Position numbers and translations under genes: made by a program | The notes under the pieces: model-generated | Told to the model about the DNA's origin: nothing | What the model saw: only the letters and a program-made list of their open reading frames with translations | Database searches by the model: none | Origin: an uncultured virus (IMG/VR IMGVR_UViG_3300032331_003338) | Lineage: Duplodnaviria; Heunggongvirae; Uroviricota; Caudoviricetes | DNA length: 64,000 nucleotides | Reading direction: 5' to 3' (one strand) | IMG/VR virus record: IMGVR_UViG_3300032331_003338 | In this document: positions 42,835 through 51,558 of the stretch, piece by piece | Position numbering within the stretch: position 1 is the first letter of the stretch | How the letters are laid out: every line of letters starts with the position of its first letter

Positions 42835-43194
42835 TCAGCTCCTATACTCAAACGTGCGCTTCTTTCCACAGGGAACGCAGTATGTTGTTGCATGATTTTG
42901 GGATATAGTATTAGATACAATCTTATCCCTATCCTTCTCAATGGCCCCGCATCCGCTGCAAATCCACCCGCCCCTTCGATTCATGTCAACAACCACTAGT
43001 CGGTATTGCCATGACTTCTTTGAGGGGTCCGGGTTTTGCCTTGTCTCAATAATATAGCCGTCCTTCCTAAGCTCCTCAATCCTGGCGCCGAATCTTTCTC
43101 CTCCTACCGTGACGTCCAAGAGGAGCTTGGAATCTACCCATGTATTCTTTTTGTCTTGGAGAATTTTTAATATCTCCTGCTTCTTGCTAATCAC
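42835..43194 (-). CDS. Winged-HTH plus Zn-ribbon protein
   Basis: RFGARIEELRKDGYIIET and two CxxC pairs; GTG start overlaps the upstream TGA. Confidence 0.65.
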   Translation of the reverse strand: MISKKQEILKILQDKKNTWVDSKLLLDVTVGGERFGARIEELRKDGYIIETRQNPDPSKKSWQYRLVVVDMNRRGGWICSGCGAIEKDRDKIVSNTISQNHATTYCVPCGKKRTFEYRS

Positions 43195-43388
43195 TTTGAC
43201 TTGTACCTTAGATTTGTAATTGCATGGTTCGCCCATGAGTGAACGAAAAGCTCACACCCATTTATAGTTGGCTGCTGGAATGTCACCGAAATGCGATTGT
43301 CGCCGATGTTCATACCGGCATGACCATGAAACTTCCTTGTTTTTGAGTTCTTTGCGATATAGCAAAACCCCTCGCTGCTCTTTGACAT
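43191..43388 (-). CDS. Hypothetical protein
   Basis: GAGGGA SD then ATG 43388 (MSKSSEG...). Confidence 0.55.
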   Translation of the reverse strand: MSKSSEGFCYIAKNSKTRKFHGHAGMNIGDNRISVTFQQPTINGCELFVHSWANHAITNLRYKSK

Positions 43389-43524
43389 TGATCCCTCTTC
43401 TACGGTAGCGTTAGAGGCTACGACGTCGAGGAACCCGGCAAGGGAGTCTGCAGCACTTCTTGCCTTACTATTCTCAACCGAATAGTCTCTATTTGTCGGG
43501 GTAGGATCTGCCCACCCGGCAGAG

Positions 43525-43713
43525 CTATTCCTCTTTTTCACTTGGGCTCCCAATGTTCTTATACGCGATCCGGGCGTCACTGGCGGCATCGTCTGCGCTT
43601 TGGGATGTCCCAATCCCGTAGACATACCTGCTCCCCCTGCCAATAAGCGCCCACATCCACATTCCGCTTTCGTCGTCACGATTAAACACTGTCCAGATTT
43701 GTGGCTCTGTCAT
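43525..43713 (-). CDS. Hypothetical protein
   Basis: 62 aa, coupled by ATGA overlap. Confidence 0.65.
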   Translation of the reverse strand: MTEPQIWTVFNRDDESGMWMWALIGRGSRYVYGIGTSQSADDAASDARIAYKNIGSPSEKEE

Positions 43714-43931
43714 ATGTCGCCCCTTCGTGCTGCTTCAATAATTGTCATGAACGATACGTTCAGGCCATCCACATAGCCGCGATTGTATTCCCCTTCGTAT
43801 TGCTTTTCAATCATTGACTTCCTTTTTTCTTCGATATGTTCAGACAGTTTACGTAATGCATCAATTTTTCCAGCAATTCTGCCCTGGTGCGCGGCTGCTG
43901 CAAGTATGTCTGCCATTCCGTTCTTGCTCAC
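43710..43931 (-). CDS. Hypothetical protein
   Basis: 73 aa, coupled by GTGA overlap. Confidence 0.65.
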   Translation of the reverse strand: MSKNGMADILAAAAHQGRIAGKIDALRKLSEHIEEKRKSMIEKQYEGEYNRGYVDGLNVSFMTIIEAARRGDI

Positions 43932-44389
43932 TGCTGGCCCTTCAGCTGGTACTTGCTAAAGGCGCGGAGTGGGCACCCCTTGTCCCAGCAGTACCCGCCC
44001 TCTTCGGGGGTTTCTCCGGCGCAAACACCGCACATCTTGTCAATTGCCTTCTGCATTAACTCGCCCTGCTTTGCCGACTGCAGCATTTTCTTTGTTGCGG
44101 GTCGACTCGGTGAGGACATCTTTATGCGCTGAATGATTTGGTTTGCTTCGGTGCGGTTCTTGGAGGCAATATGCTGAATAAAATCCAGCAGGAACTTGTC
44201 GGTTATCCTGCGATGGCCATACAAGAACGCTAGCACAGAGCTTTTGCTGTATCCATTGAGCTCAGTTGCCAGCTTTAGGGCGGCATCTCGCTTGGTCATT
44301 CCCGGGTACAGCTCCTTGAGCTCGTACGCAAACTGCGTATAATCCAGCTCAATCCTATCTTTTTGCTCAGACACGTTATCGATTTCCAA
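43928..44389 (-). CDS. HTH-like protein with C-terminal Cys4 motif
   Basis: LATELNGYSKSSVLAFLYG; CGVC...C...CPL. Confidence 0.6.
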   Translation of the reverse strand: MEIDNVSEQKDRIELDYTQFAYELKELYPGMTKRDAALKLATELNGYSKSSVLAFLYGHRRITDKFLLDFIQHIASKNRTEANQIIQRIKMSSPSRPATKKMLQSAKQGELMQKAIDKMCGVCAGETPEEGGYCWDKGCPLRAFSKYQLKGQQ

Positions 44390-44720
44390 TTTCCGACTTT
44401 AGCGGCCGCCCCCATTTACCTCTTCGTAGCGCAATTGCAATCAAGGCGTAGTTGGCAATGTCAAGAAGTGTGTCTTCAAGGGACTCCTCTTCGTCGTCGT
44501 CCATAGGTGCCAGCTTTACCTGTCCGCCAACGATTGTTCCGTTCATAAACTTCTTTGCCCTTGCCACCTTATCGTGCGCAATTCTGCTGATCACGCCGTG
44601 CAGTCCAAGCTGCTCGATGTTTGAATCTCCATATCGCGCCTGCTTCTGACAGAGCAGCTGAAACGCCTCGTCGTAAATTTCTTCAAAGGTTTCTTCAAAT
44701 GTTTGCTGCTTGCTTGTCAT
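44376..44720 (-). CDS. DUF1599 / nucleotide-modification-associated domain 1 protein
   Basis: KQARYGDSN...G...RI..DK..R...ESLEDTLLDIANYALI. Confidence 0.75.
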   Translation of the reverse strand: MTSKQQTFEETFEEIYDEAFQLLCQKQARYGDSNIEQLGLHGVISRIAHDKVARAKKFMNGTIVGGQVKLAPMDDDEEESLEDTLLDIANYALIAIALRRGKWGRPLKSEIGNR

Positions 44721-44728
44721 CTTCCCTC

Positions 44729-45613
44729 CTAGGAAATCTTCTTCATGTGTTTTAGCGCCCGCGCAATACCTTCGTCTAGGTCAATCTTTGGCTTGTATAC
44801 CTTTGACATTTCAGTGGTATCTGCGACGCGCCAGTTGACGCCTTCGGGTTTATCTTTAAGCAATTGGTACTTTGGGAAATATCCAGAGTGCTTGGCCACC
44901 ATTTCCGCTAAGTCCATAAAGCTTGTAGCATGACCTGTTCCTATGTTTAGTGGACCATCATACTCCATCGATACCGCTGCTTCAACACAGCCAACAACGT
45001 CAGAGATATGAACGAAATCTCTCGTCTGCGTTCCGTCCCCCCATATAACAAACGGGTTGTCTCGGTCAAGGCCACGCTTAATAAACGAAGGAAATGGGTA
45101 CTCCAATGCCTGGTCTTCTCCGTAGCCGGAGAATGGACGGAATATGTGAACCTTAACACCCTCAGCTTTTGCAAATTGAGCAAGGTATTCTCCGGTGAGC
45201 TTTGACCACCCGTACGTCAAGTCTGGATTTCTGATGTTGTTAAGGTTGATGTCGGCCTCCTTGAGCTTCTGGTGCGCTTCTTTTCTTTGCAAATCGATTG
45301 GGTATGCTGCAGAAGAAGAGAAGTACACCACCCGCGGCTGCTTTGTCCTAATAACCCACTGCCACATCTCCGCATCGATTGAAAGGTCTACTGCAACAGA
45401 CAGCGGATTTCCCTCAATCTTTGCCCTTCCGCCAACGACGGCGGCAAGGTGTACCACGAGGTCAAACTTAGTGTGGTTGGCAAAAGAAAAGAACTTCCTT
45501 ACGTCCATTGCATCTACGATGTCTACCCCAAGAACTTTGTGACCCTGGTCCTCATAGAACTTTTGGAAGTGGCGACCAACAAAACCCCTGTTGCCAGTAA
45601 TTAAAATGTTCAT
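44729..45613 (-). CDS. NAD-dependent NDP-sugar epimerase/dehydratase (extended SDR)
   Basis: ITGNRGFVG, HLAA, SSSAAY, YGWSK, GDGTQTRDFVH. Confidence 0.92.
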   Translation of the reverse strand: MNILITGNRGFVGRHFQKFYEDQGHKVLGVDIVDAMDVRKFFSFANHTKFDLVVHLAAVVGGRAKIEGNPLSVAVDLSIDAEMWQWVIRTKQPRVVYFSSSAAYPIDLQRKEAHQKLKEADINLNNIRNPDLTYGWSKLTGEYLAQFAKAEGVKVHIFRPFSGYGEDQALEYPFPSFIKRGLDRDNPFVIWGDGTQTRDFVHISDVVGCVEAAVSMEYDGPLNIGTGHATSFMDLAEMVAKHSGYFPKYQLLKDKPEGVNWRVADTTEMSKVYKPKIDLDEGIARALKHMKKIS

Positions 45614-46266
45614 AGCCCCAGTATCTTTCTAATGTCATTAGAGAATTGAGTTGTCATGTAGCGATGAAATGACTCCGAATCAATTGCGTACATCGATTCA
45701 TTGTTTGTCTCCATATATGTTGCGTCTGGCTTTGACTTTCCGTTGAGGTGATGCATGTGCTCAATAATTATGTCTTCACGGTATCTTAGGTTACCAAGCG
45801 ACTTTCCAAGCTCAAGCCAGAAGTTGTCCATATACATGTGCACAAGCACCGGCGGAACCATATAGCCTATTTTCTTTACAATTGATGACGACATCACTAC
45901 GGCTGTAGGCAGCAGATTCCCTTGCAATAGGTCGTTGCCGTAAGCAACCCCCGCATCTGGTCCAATAGCCTCGGCAAGGGTCGTATCCCAGCCCACAGTC
46001 CTTGGTCTATGGTCATCCCCCATGAATGCTAGGTAGTCATATTTATCGGCGTTTCTGGCCGCTATAAGGTTAAGCGTTCCGCCCATGCGAAGCCTTGGGT
46101 TTTTCTCGGCCCTAGCCAACACTTCGTCGGAGTATTGAGACTCGTCATCGTCGTCTAGGCCAAATATTATTTCTGCAATTTCAGCAGTCTTCTTGAATTC
46201 TTCAAGCAGCTGGTCGCACGACTCTGGCCTCTTTCGGCTTGGAACGATAAGCAACATGCTAGACAT
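45610..46266 (-). CDS. Glycosyltransferase, family 2-like
   Basis: IVPSR.RP, FMGDD, YGNDL, H.Y.DN, IEH.H motifs. Confidence 0.8.
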   Translation of the reverse strand: MSSMLLIVPSRKRPESCDQLLEEFKKTAEIAEIIFGLDDDDESQYSDEVLARAEKNPRLRMGGTLNLIAARNADKYDYLAFMGDDHRPRTVGWDTTLAEAIGPDAGVAYGNDLLQGNLLPTAVVMSSSIVKKIGYMVPPVLVHMYMDNFWLELGKSLGNLRYREDIIIEHMHHLNGKSKPDATYMETNNESMYAIDSESFHRYMTTQFSNDIRKILGL

Positions 46267-46480
46267 TTACGCTCCTGTACTTCATGTCCATAAGCCACTG
46301 TGCCTCAAGCTCAGATAGCCGGACAAACTCTCCCTCTGGGTTCTGCCCGCCAAACATGACGGCGTAGGGCTCTTCATCATCGATCCATCGAGGTGATAAG
46401 GTGATGAGCACATTAAACGCCGATGCCCATAGGTACCAGATTGCCGAAGCCTTTTGGCTTGGCGGGGTGGATGATTCCAT
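46259..46480 (-). CDS. Hypothetical protein, first gene of the sugar operon
   Basis: ATG 46480 lies 6 nt after TGTGGTATAGT. Confidence 0.55.
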   Translation of the reverse strand: MESSTPPSQKASAIWYLWASAFNVLITLSPRWIDDEEPYAVMFGGQNPEGEFVRLSELEAQWLMDMKYRSVNV

Positions 46481-46584
46481 GACTGGACTATACCACAAGG
46501 CTTGTAGATTGCACCAAGATTGACCCGGGCAGCTCCTGGGCATACCCTAATTGCTCGGGCATGGTCCCGGTATAGAGAGGTTAT

Positions 46585-46809
46585 ATGGCTGTAAAGAATA
46601 ATGTAAAGACCGCAACCAAGTCAGCGCCACCGCGGGTTGTTTCGACCAGGCACAGCTGCGCCAAGTGCGAGGCAGCTATTATGTCTAACGACATTGCCTC
46701 ATGGCTTCATGTCTGGTATGAAGGCTCTGCATCTAAGCGCTCGACCATGCGCCAGTACCACAAGAAGTGTGCCCCATCTATCAACGCAGAAACGAGCAAG
46801 TCGAGATGA
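46585..46809 (+). CDS. Small Zn-binding protein
   Basis: CAKC...YHKKC; GAGG SD. Confidence 0.6.
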   Translation: MAVKNNVKTATKSAPPRVVSTRHSCAKCEAAIMSNDIASWLHVWYEGSASKRSTMRQYHKKCAPSINAETSKSR

Positions 46810-46982
46810 TTGCAGAATACGTACCTTTTGACGAAAATGCTGAACCTGCCGAAGAGGAGTGCGGAGACATATGCGGCCTTGCTCTGGCGGAGCGCGTTTG
46901 TGAAGTTTGCGAGGATGTATACGTTGCGTGCTACGAGCACGAGCGGTGGATTCTGACCTGCGAAGTTTGCCGTGAGGTCTAA
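46806..46982 (+). CDS. Small Cys-rich protein
   Basis: Multiple CxxC; ATGA coupling. Confidence 0.55.
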   Translation: MIAEYVPFDENAEPAEEECGDICGLALAERVCEVCEDVYVACYEHERWILTCEVCREV

Positions 46983-47412
46983 GAAAGAAGAGCGCAATCA
47001 GGAGATTTGCGCACTCTTCCTTGAAGGATATACCGCCAATGATATTGGCAGGATGTACGGAATTAGTAAGCAGCGCGTTTCATTTATACTGCACGGCCTT
47101 GGGATTCGAGCGGACGAAGAATTCACAACCGTGATTTTGCCAGATCCGTATATTGTTGGGATTGATTTTGGCGATGACCTTAGCTCCACGATGATGGACT
47201 GGTCCGGGAAACAAATTCTCCCCCAGTTTGACGAAGTTATACTAACAACCCCAGAAACAATCCACGGCTCCCTGAGGAAGCTTGGAAAGATGGATCATGT
47301 TGTTGCATATGTTCCGGTTGCTGAGGGGGCTGCAATTCCCGGTCGTGAAATCAAATCGAGCTGGCTGGTCTATGCCTACCCGATGCAGGAGTCTCGCTTT
47401 AAGAATTCTTGA
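46972..47412 (+). CDS. HTH (sigma region 4-like) DNA-binding protein
   Basis: ERNQEI..LFLEG.T..DIG..YGISKQRV. Confidence 0.7.
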   Translation: MRSKKEERNQEICALFLEGYTANDIGRMYGISKQRVSFILHGLGIRADEEFTTVILPDPYIVGIDFGDDLSSTMMDWSGKQILPQFDEVILTTPETIHGSLRKLGKMDHVVAYVPVAEGAAIPGREIKSSWLVYAYPMQESRFKNS

Positions 47413-48160
47413 CGTATTTTGACATGTCGCTGACCGCCATGGCATCAAAATACATATCGATAAACCCAACATGGCCAGTCTTGGCATCAATCTTTGCCTT
47501 GAGGCTTACCCCTGCCTCTTTTGCCAACATGCAAAATCCAACGTCCTCTCCCGAATAGGTCAGCGAGAGCTCGTCAAACCTGTAGCAAAAGAACTTATAA
47601 AGAAGTCGCTCTTTCTTTTCCGAGTAATACACGGCTGAAGGGTCGTGATCCATAATTTTCTGGATGGCACCCCTACTAACCAGCATGATACCAGTGCCGA
47701 TCCATGGAACGTCTACCAGCCCGTTGTCGTCTGGCTGGACGGTATCGTTTTCAACTCCAAAGTTTGCGTCTCCGAGGATTGAGGTAATCTGCTCAACCGG
47801 AAAACCAGGGTTGTCCCTAACAAACTTTATTGCTCGCTCCCATTGCGGGAATTTTCTGGAACAGGGGAATCCAATAATTGAGTCACCAAGAACCTTGAGT
47901 GCGTCTACTACGTCAGTTGGCTGATAGGTAATGTCAGCGTCAACCAGCAGCACGGCCTCTGCATCACTTTCAATAAAGTCCTGCATCAGGTGGTTTCTGG
48001 CGCTAAACAGAATAGAGTTTCCTTTGTGGAACCTTGCGCTGCAATTTACTTTGTTTTCAAAAAGTCGACTCTTAAGCCCGACCAAGGAAGAGACGTATTC
48101 GATGCTCACTTTGCCGTCGAGGCTTGGGGTTACAACCAGAAGCTTCTTGATCCCCTCCAT
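47399..48160 (-). CDS. GT-A fold glycosyltransferase, paralog 2
   Basis: TPS.DG, GNSIL..ARN, LVDAD, GTG.ML, GED..FC. Confidence 0.8.
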   Translation of the reverse strand: MEGIKKLLVVTPSLDGKVSIEYVSSLVGLKSRLFENKVNCSARFHKGNSILFSARNHLMQDFIESDAEAVLLVDADITYQPTDVVDALKVLGDSIIGFPCSRKFPQWERAIKFVRDNPGFPVEQITSILGDANFGVENDTVQPDDNGLVDVPWIGTGIMLVSRGAIQKIMDHDPSAVYYSEKKERLLYKFFCYRFDELSLTYSGEDVGFCMLAKEAGVSLKAKIDAKTGHVGFIDMYFDAMAVSDMSKYVKNS

Positions 48161-48402
48161 CAGTTGAGCTTCTTCCCTTGTGCGCGTTGTGGCCTTACTG
48201 GAGCCTTTGCCTCTTCCTCTGGTTTTTCCTGATTTGAGTGCAGGTGTCGGTGGAGCATCTCAATGGCCCCGATATCCGATACGCCCTCAATCCATCCCTG
48301 CCTTCGTGCCTCGTTGATCTTAACCGTCGCACCAGACGAGACTATCAGTCCGCTTAGGAAAAATCCTGCCCCAAAAATTATGATCCCTGTCGTTACGTCC
48401 AT
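48160..48402 (-). CDS. Small membrane-anchored protein
   Basis: N-terminal TM helix; lies between two GT genes. Confidence 0.65.
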   Translation of the reverse strand: MDVTTGIIIFGAGFFLSGLIVSSGATVKINEARRQGWIEGVSDIGAIEMLHRHLHSNQEKPEEEAKAPVRPQRAQGKKLN

Positions 48403-49220
48403 TATTCCTCCGATGCCAGCGCGCGAAGCGCGTGTAGATCGTACCGCAAGCTGATTTCTGCGCTATGGGATGTCTCTCCGTCAACCTTCACAAACACCTT
48501 ACCACCTATTGATCTCCAGTCGTCGCAAAACGTGTAGTCCTCACCAATGAAAGTTTCATCTCTCCTGCCGTACCTGAAGTATTCAATGGTCCTGGTCTTT
48601 TTTCCGTTTACATATTCATAGTACCACCGTTCTGGAAATGCACGCGCATACCTCTCCAAGGCCCGCCTGGAAATAACCATGCACCCGGTGCCAGCATGCG
48701 TTGCCTCCATGAGCCCAAGCATTGCTTCTTCTTCGTTGGGCAAAGGGGCCTCAGGGTCAAGAATGAAGTTTGGCTGTCCAAGAACCGACTGAATTGCCGC
48801 GGCGTCAACGTCAGGTCTTGACCTAACCAAAGCAACTGCTCGTTCCCAGTCAACGCTGCGCTTGATGCATGGGAGCGCCACGATGTCCTTGCCGGAAGAG
48901 AGCGCGGCCATAACTCCTTCCCATTGCACTGAAATATCTGCGTCAAGGAAAAGCATATGTGTCGCGGTCGCCTCTTCCATAAATTTTGCGACGCATCGAT
49001 TGCGAGCTGCAACCAGCATTGAATTTCCGATTACAAACGACCAATTAAATGGTATGCCGATTCTTTCGCAGGCCCGCTGAATCCCCAGAAGTGAATTGAC
49101 ATATCCATGATTTACTTTCCCGTCGATGATCGGAGTTATTGAAAGTAAAGAGATTGGCGCGGTCTGGGGGGCAGCTCCGTGCTCTTTTCTCAGTTGCTTT
49201 CGTCGTGATTGCTTTCCCAC
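48402..49220 (-). CDS. GT-A fold glycosyltransferase, paralog 3
   Basis: GNSML..ARN, FLDAD, GTG.M.I.R, GEDY.FC; GGAGG SD before GTG 49220. Confidence 0.8.
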   Translation of the reverse strand: MGKQSRRKQLRKEHGAAPQTAPISLLSITPIIDGKVNHGYVNSLLGIQRACERIGIPFNWSFVIGNSMLVAARNRCVAKFMEEATATHMLFLDADISVQWEGVMAALSSGKDIVALPCIKRSVDWERAVALVRSRPDVDAAAIQSVLGQPNFILDPEAPLPNEEEAMLGLMEATHAGTGCMVISRRALERYARAFPERWYYEYVNGKKTRTIEYFRYGRRDETFIGEDYTFCDDWRSIGGKVFVKVDGETSHSAEISLRYDLHALRALASEE

Positions 49221-49425
49221 TTTCACCTCCGGGACGGACAGCATACACCATTTTTTTGCGTGCGCCGCCCCCGGTTTTGGGGGAAGGGGGGGGAACCTTT
49301 AAGGAGGGGGGGGATGGGGGGCTCAGGAATCTGGGGATCTGGGCCAATATCTTGTTATTAGTTACATAGGTGGGGGCTGGTCAAATCATTACAAAAGCGT
49401 GCTCGCCGTTGCATTGTGCTTCAGG

Positions 49426-49454
49426 TTGACGCAGCGATTCCGACCTGTTAGGAT
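49426..49454 (+). promoter_or_regulatory. Sigma70-type promoter
   Basis: TTGACG-17-TAGGAT. Confidence 0.65.
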
Positions 49455-49504
49455 GCGATTTCCTCGGGGGGGGTAAGGGCGACGGATGAAGGGGTGACGG
49501 GCCA

Positions 49505-49852
49505 ATGGATACGGAATTGAAAATCATCGAGAACCAAGAGCCACGATGTGTGCACAGCGCAATTGATGCGGTTCACGAAGGCAAGCTTTACCAGTTTGGA
49601 ATGAAGCAAGATCCAAAAGATTGCATGAACTGCTCATGGTTTTCTCTGGCGGAAGAAATTCGAGTAACCGAATCATGGCAGATGGTGCAAATCATTACCG
49701 ACGACGAAGCTGACGAAGAGAAGCGCTACATCGCTGAAATGTTCCCTGACGGACTAAGTTCGGTCCGAGGAGTTGGGGAGAATCCAGCCAGAGCTCTTCG
49801 ATCCCTACAGGGCGAGCTTACTGATTTTTGGAAGGATCAGGAGAGCCAATAA
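49505..49852 (+). CDS. Hypothetical protein
   Basis: 115 aa, downstream of the promoter. Confidence 0.65.
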   Translation: MDTELKIIENQEPRCVHSAIDAVHEGKLYQFGMKQDPKDCMNCSWFSLAEEIRVTESWQMVQIITDDEADEEKRYIAEMFPDGLSSVRGVGENPARALRSLQGELTDFWKDQESQ

Positions 49853-50045
49853 ATATATCGGTCTGCTGAGGAATCTTTTCTTGCCAGGCCCATCCGGAAC
49901 CCTTGTAAGAAATCTTAGGACTAGAAAATATAAGCCACATCTCAACATCGCATTTTTCGCACATGACCTTGCTGTCGTCGGCCATAGGGCGAACAACCTC
50001 TTTAATCACGTCGCACTTTTCGCATTTAAAGTCATACGATGCCAT
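49818..50045 (-). CDS. FmdB-family zinc ribbon protein
   Basis: YDFKCEKC...CEKC...M...S.P.I.YKGSGW. Confidence 0.8.
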   Translation of the reverse strand: MASYDFKCEKCDVIKEVVRPMADDSKVMCEKCDVEMWLIFSSPKISYKGSGWAWQEKIPQQTDIFIGSPDPSKNQ

Positions 50046-50049
50046 TGCA

Positions 50050-50625
50050 CTAATCCTTTATTACTTCTATTGTTACCCGCATTACTCCAAGCCCAAGGTC
50101 AACACCAAGCGCGGCCCATACATCTGGAGAAAGATCAACGACGCGAGTATCGGTTTTGCTGGAAGCTCTTCCCTGGCATCCACACCAGTCAGTTGCGATA
50201 ATAATAACAGACTTACCGGTCTTTTTGGATGTGAGGAGAAACTTTGGGCGATTTGAGGACTTTGCCATATTGGTCCAAGTGCTAACACCCCACTTGATAT
50301 TGCCACCAGACAAATCTTCAATCATAGCTCGTAAGGCCGGTCCTGCCGCTGCATAAAATACGACAGGCTTACCCCACTCACTCTTCCTGGTGTACCAGGC
50401 GCCGTTTCTGCTGGCGTCATACCACGTAGCTAGTCCGCGTATCTTTGTGGTTACCGGTGGGAGCTCAAGCCTCCAGTTGTCCCTAGCGTAATTGGGGGCA
50501 ACATACGGCGTGCTAGCTACAAGGCTTATCGGCCTAATAATTGGGAAGAGGAGGACAAGAGACACAGCCAACGCAACCGCAGTTGTCCAAAGTCGATCAT
50601 AGGCTGGTGTTGCCGGTCGCTTCAT
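50050..50625 (-). CDS. RlpA/expansin-like double-psi beta-barrel protein with N-terminal TM
   Basis: GLATWY, YAAAG, I..TDWC.C, VDLSP..W.ALG...GV..V.I. Confidence 0.7.
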   Translation of the reverse strand: MKRPATPAYDRLWTTAVALAVSLVLLFPIIRPISLVASTPYVAPNYARDNWRLELPPVTTKIRGLATWYDASRNGAWYTRKSEWGKPVVFYAAAGPALRAMIEDLSGGNIKWGVSTWTNMAKSSNRPKFLLTSKKTGKSVIIIATDWCGCQGRASSKTDTRVVDLSPDVWAALGVDLGLGVMRVTIEVIKD

Positions 50626-50662
50626 TGCCACCTCCGCAGACACCATAACCAACGCCATATTG

Positions 50663-50983
50663 CTAGTCTATACTGTTATTATTTGACGTTGACTCAAATG
50701 CGGCGCCAGCTGTGCTCTTTTCCGCACGTTGATGATTGTATTTTGATATCTCGACAGTTGCAATTGAGATGGCGGAGTAGAGGGAGTTTGATCTCCCGTA
50801 GGCTATTGCGACGTACCTGTCATCGGGGTCTTTTTCCTTGTCCGGGTCGGAGATTACAGTCACGCCCCAGTGGCTAGAGGCGCGTTCAATTGTCCAGATT
50901 TGCTGGTCTTTCGTCAGCGAGGCCTGGAGTCTGGTTAGGGCATTGTCTATTGACTTATTCTTTTCTTGCTTAAACTTATACAT
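50663..50983 (-). CDS. Hypothetical protein
   Basis: 106 aa, AGGAGG SD, upstream TGTGGTATGCT (51072-51062). Confidence 0.65.
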   Translation of the reverse strand: MYKFKQEKNKSIDNALTRLQASLTKDQQIWTIERASSHWGVTVISDPDKEKDPDDRYVAIAYGRSNSLYSAISIATVEISKYNHQRAEKSTAGAAFESTSNNNSID

Positions 50984-51099
50984 TGCAACCCCTCCTTTGC
51001 GCTCACAATCTGTTTGCCGGTTGTATGTCTAGTCAGCTTCGGCTAATCTGTTTCTCATGCGAGCATACCACATGCGCGCGCCCGATGCCTGGAGGACTA

Positions 51100-51558
51100 A
51101 TGGATATAAAAATGGAGTCAATAGACAACCTGGCACACCATCCTGAGAACCCTCGGGAGGGTGATATTGGGGCTATCGTCACGAGCATCAAAAAGAATGG
51201 CTGGTTTGGTGTTGTCGTTGCACAGAAGTCGAGCGGTTATATCCTTGCCGGAAATCACCGCATTGAGGCCGCAAAGATTTGTGGCATAAAAGAAGTGCCA
51301 GTGTACTGGGTTGATTGCGATAACGAGCGCGCTAGAGCAATTCTTCTGGCAGACAACAAGACGGCCGACCTGGCCAGCTGGAACGACCACACGTTGCTCG
51401 AGCTGCTTCAGGAGGCAGACGCAAACGACTACCTTCTCGACACCGCATTTGATCAAGACGACATCCAGAAGCTCCTGCAGAAGCTTAATAGCAACGAGGG
51501 GGACGAGGGGGAGCTTTGCCCAACGTGTGGCGCCAAGAAGAAAAGGGGCAAGTCATGA
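51100..51558 (+). CDS. ParB/Srx-like nuclease-domain protein
   Basis: HPENPR, SIK.NG, ILAGNHR..AA, LADNK...W; GGAGG SD. Confidence 0.85.
   Translation: MDIKMESIDNLAHHPENPREGDIGAIVTSIKKNGWFGVVVAQKSSGYILAGNHRIEAAKICGIKEVPVYWVDCDNERARAILLADNKTADLASWNDHTLLELLQEADANDYLLDTAFDQDDIQKLLQKLNSNEGDEGELCPTCGAKKKRGKS

Noticed and set aside
43191..43679. 162-aa ORF as listed in the track
   Set aside because: It overlaps the better-supported 43525-43713 gene, and an SD supports a start at 43388.
49045..49369. ORFs spanning the G-tract cluster
   Set aside because: Translations merely reflect homopolymer runs, and they overlap the GT gene start.
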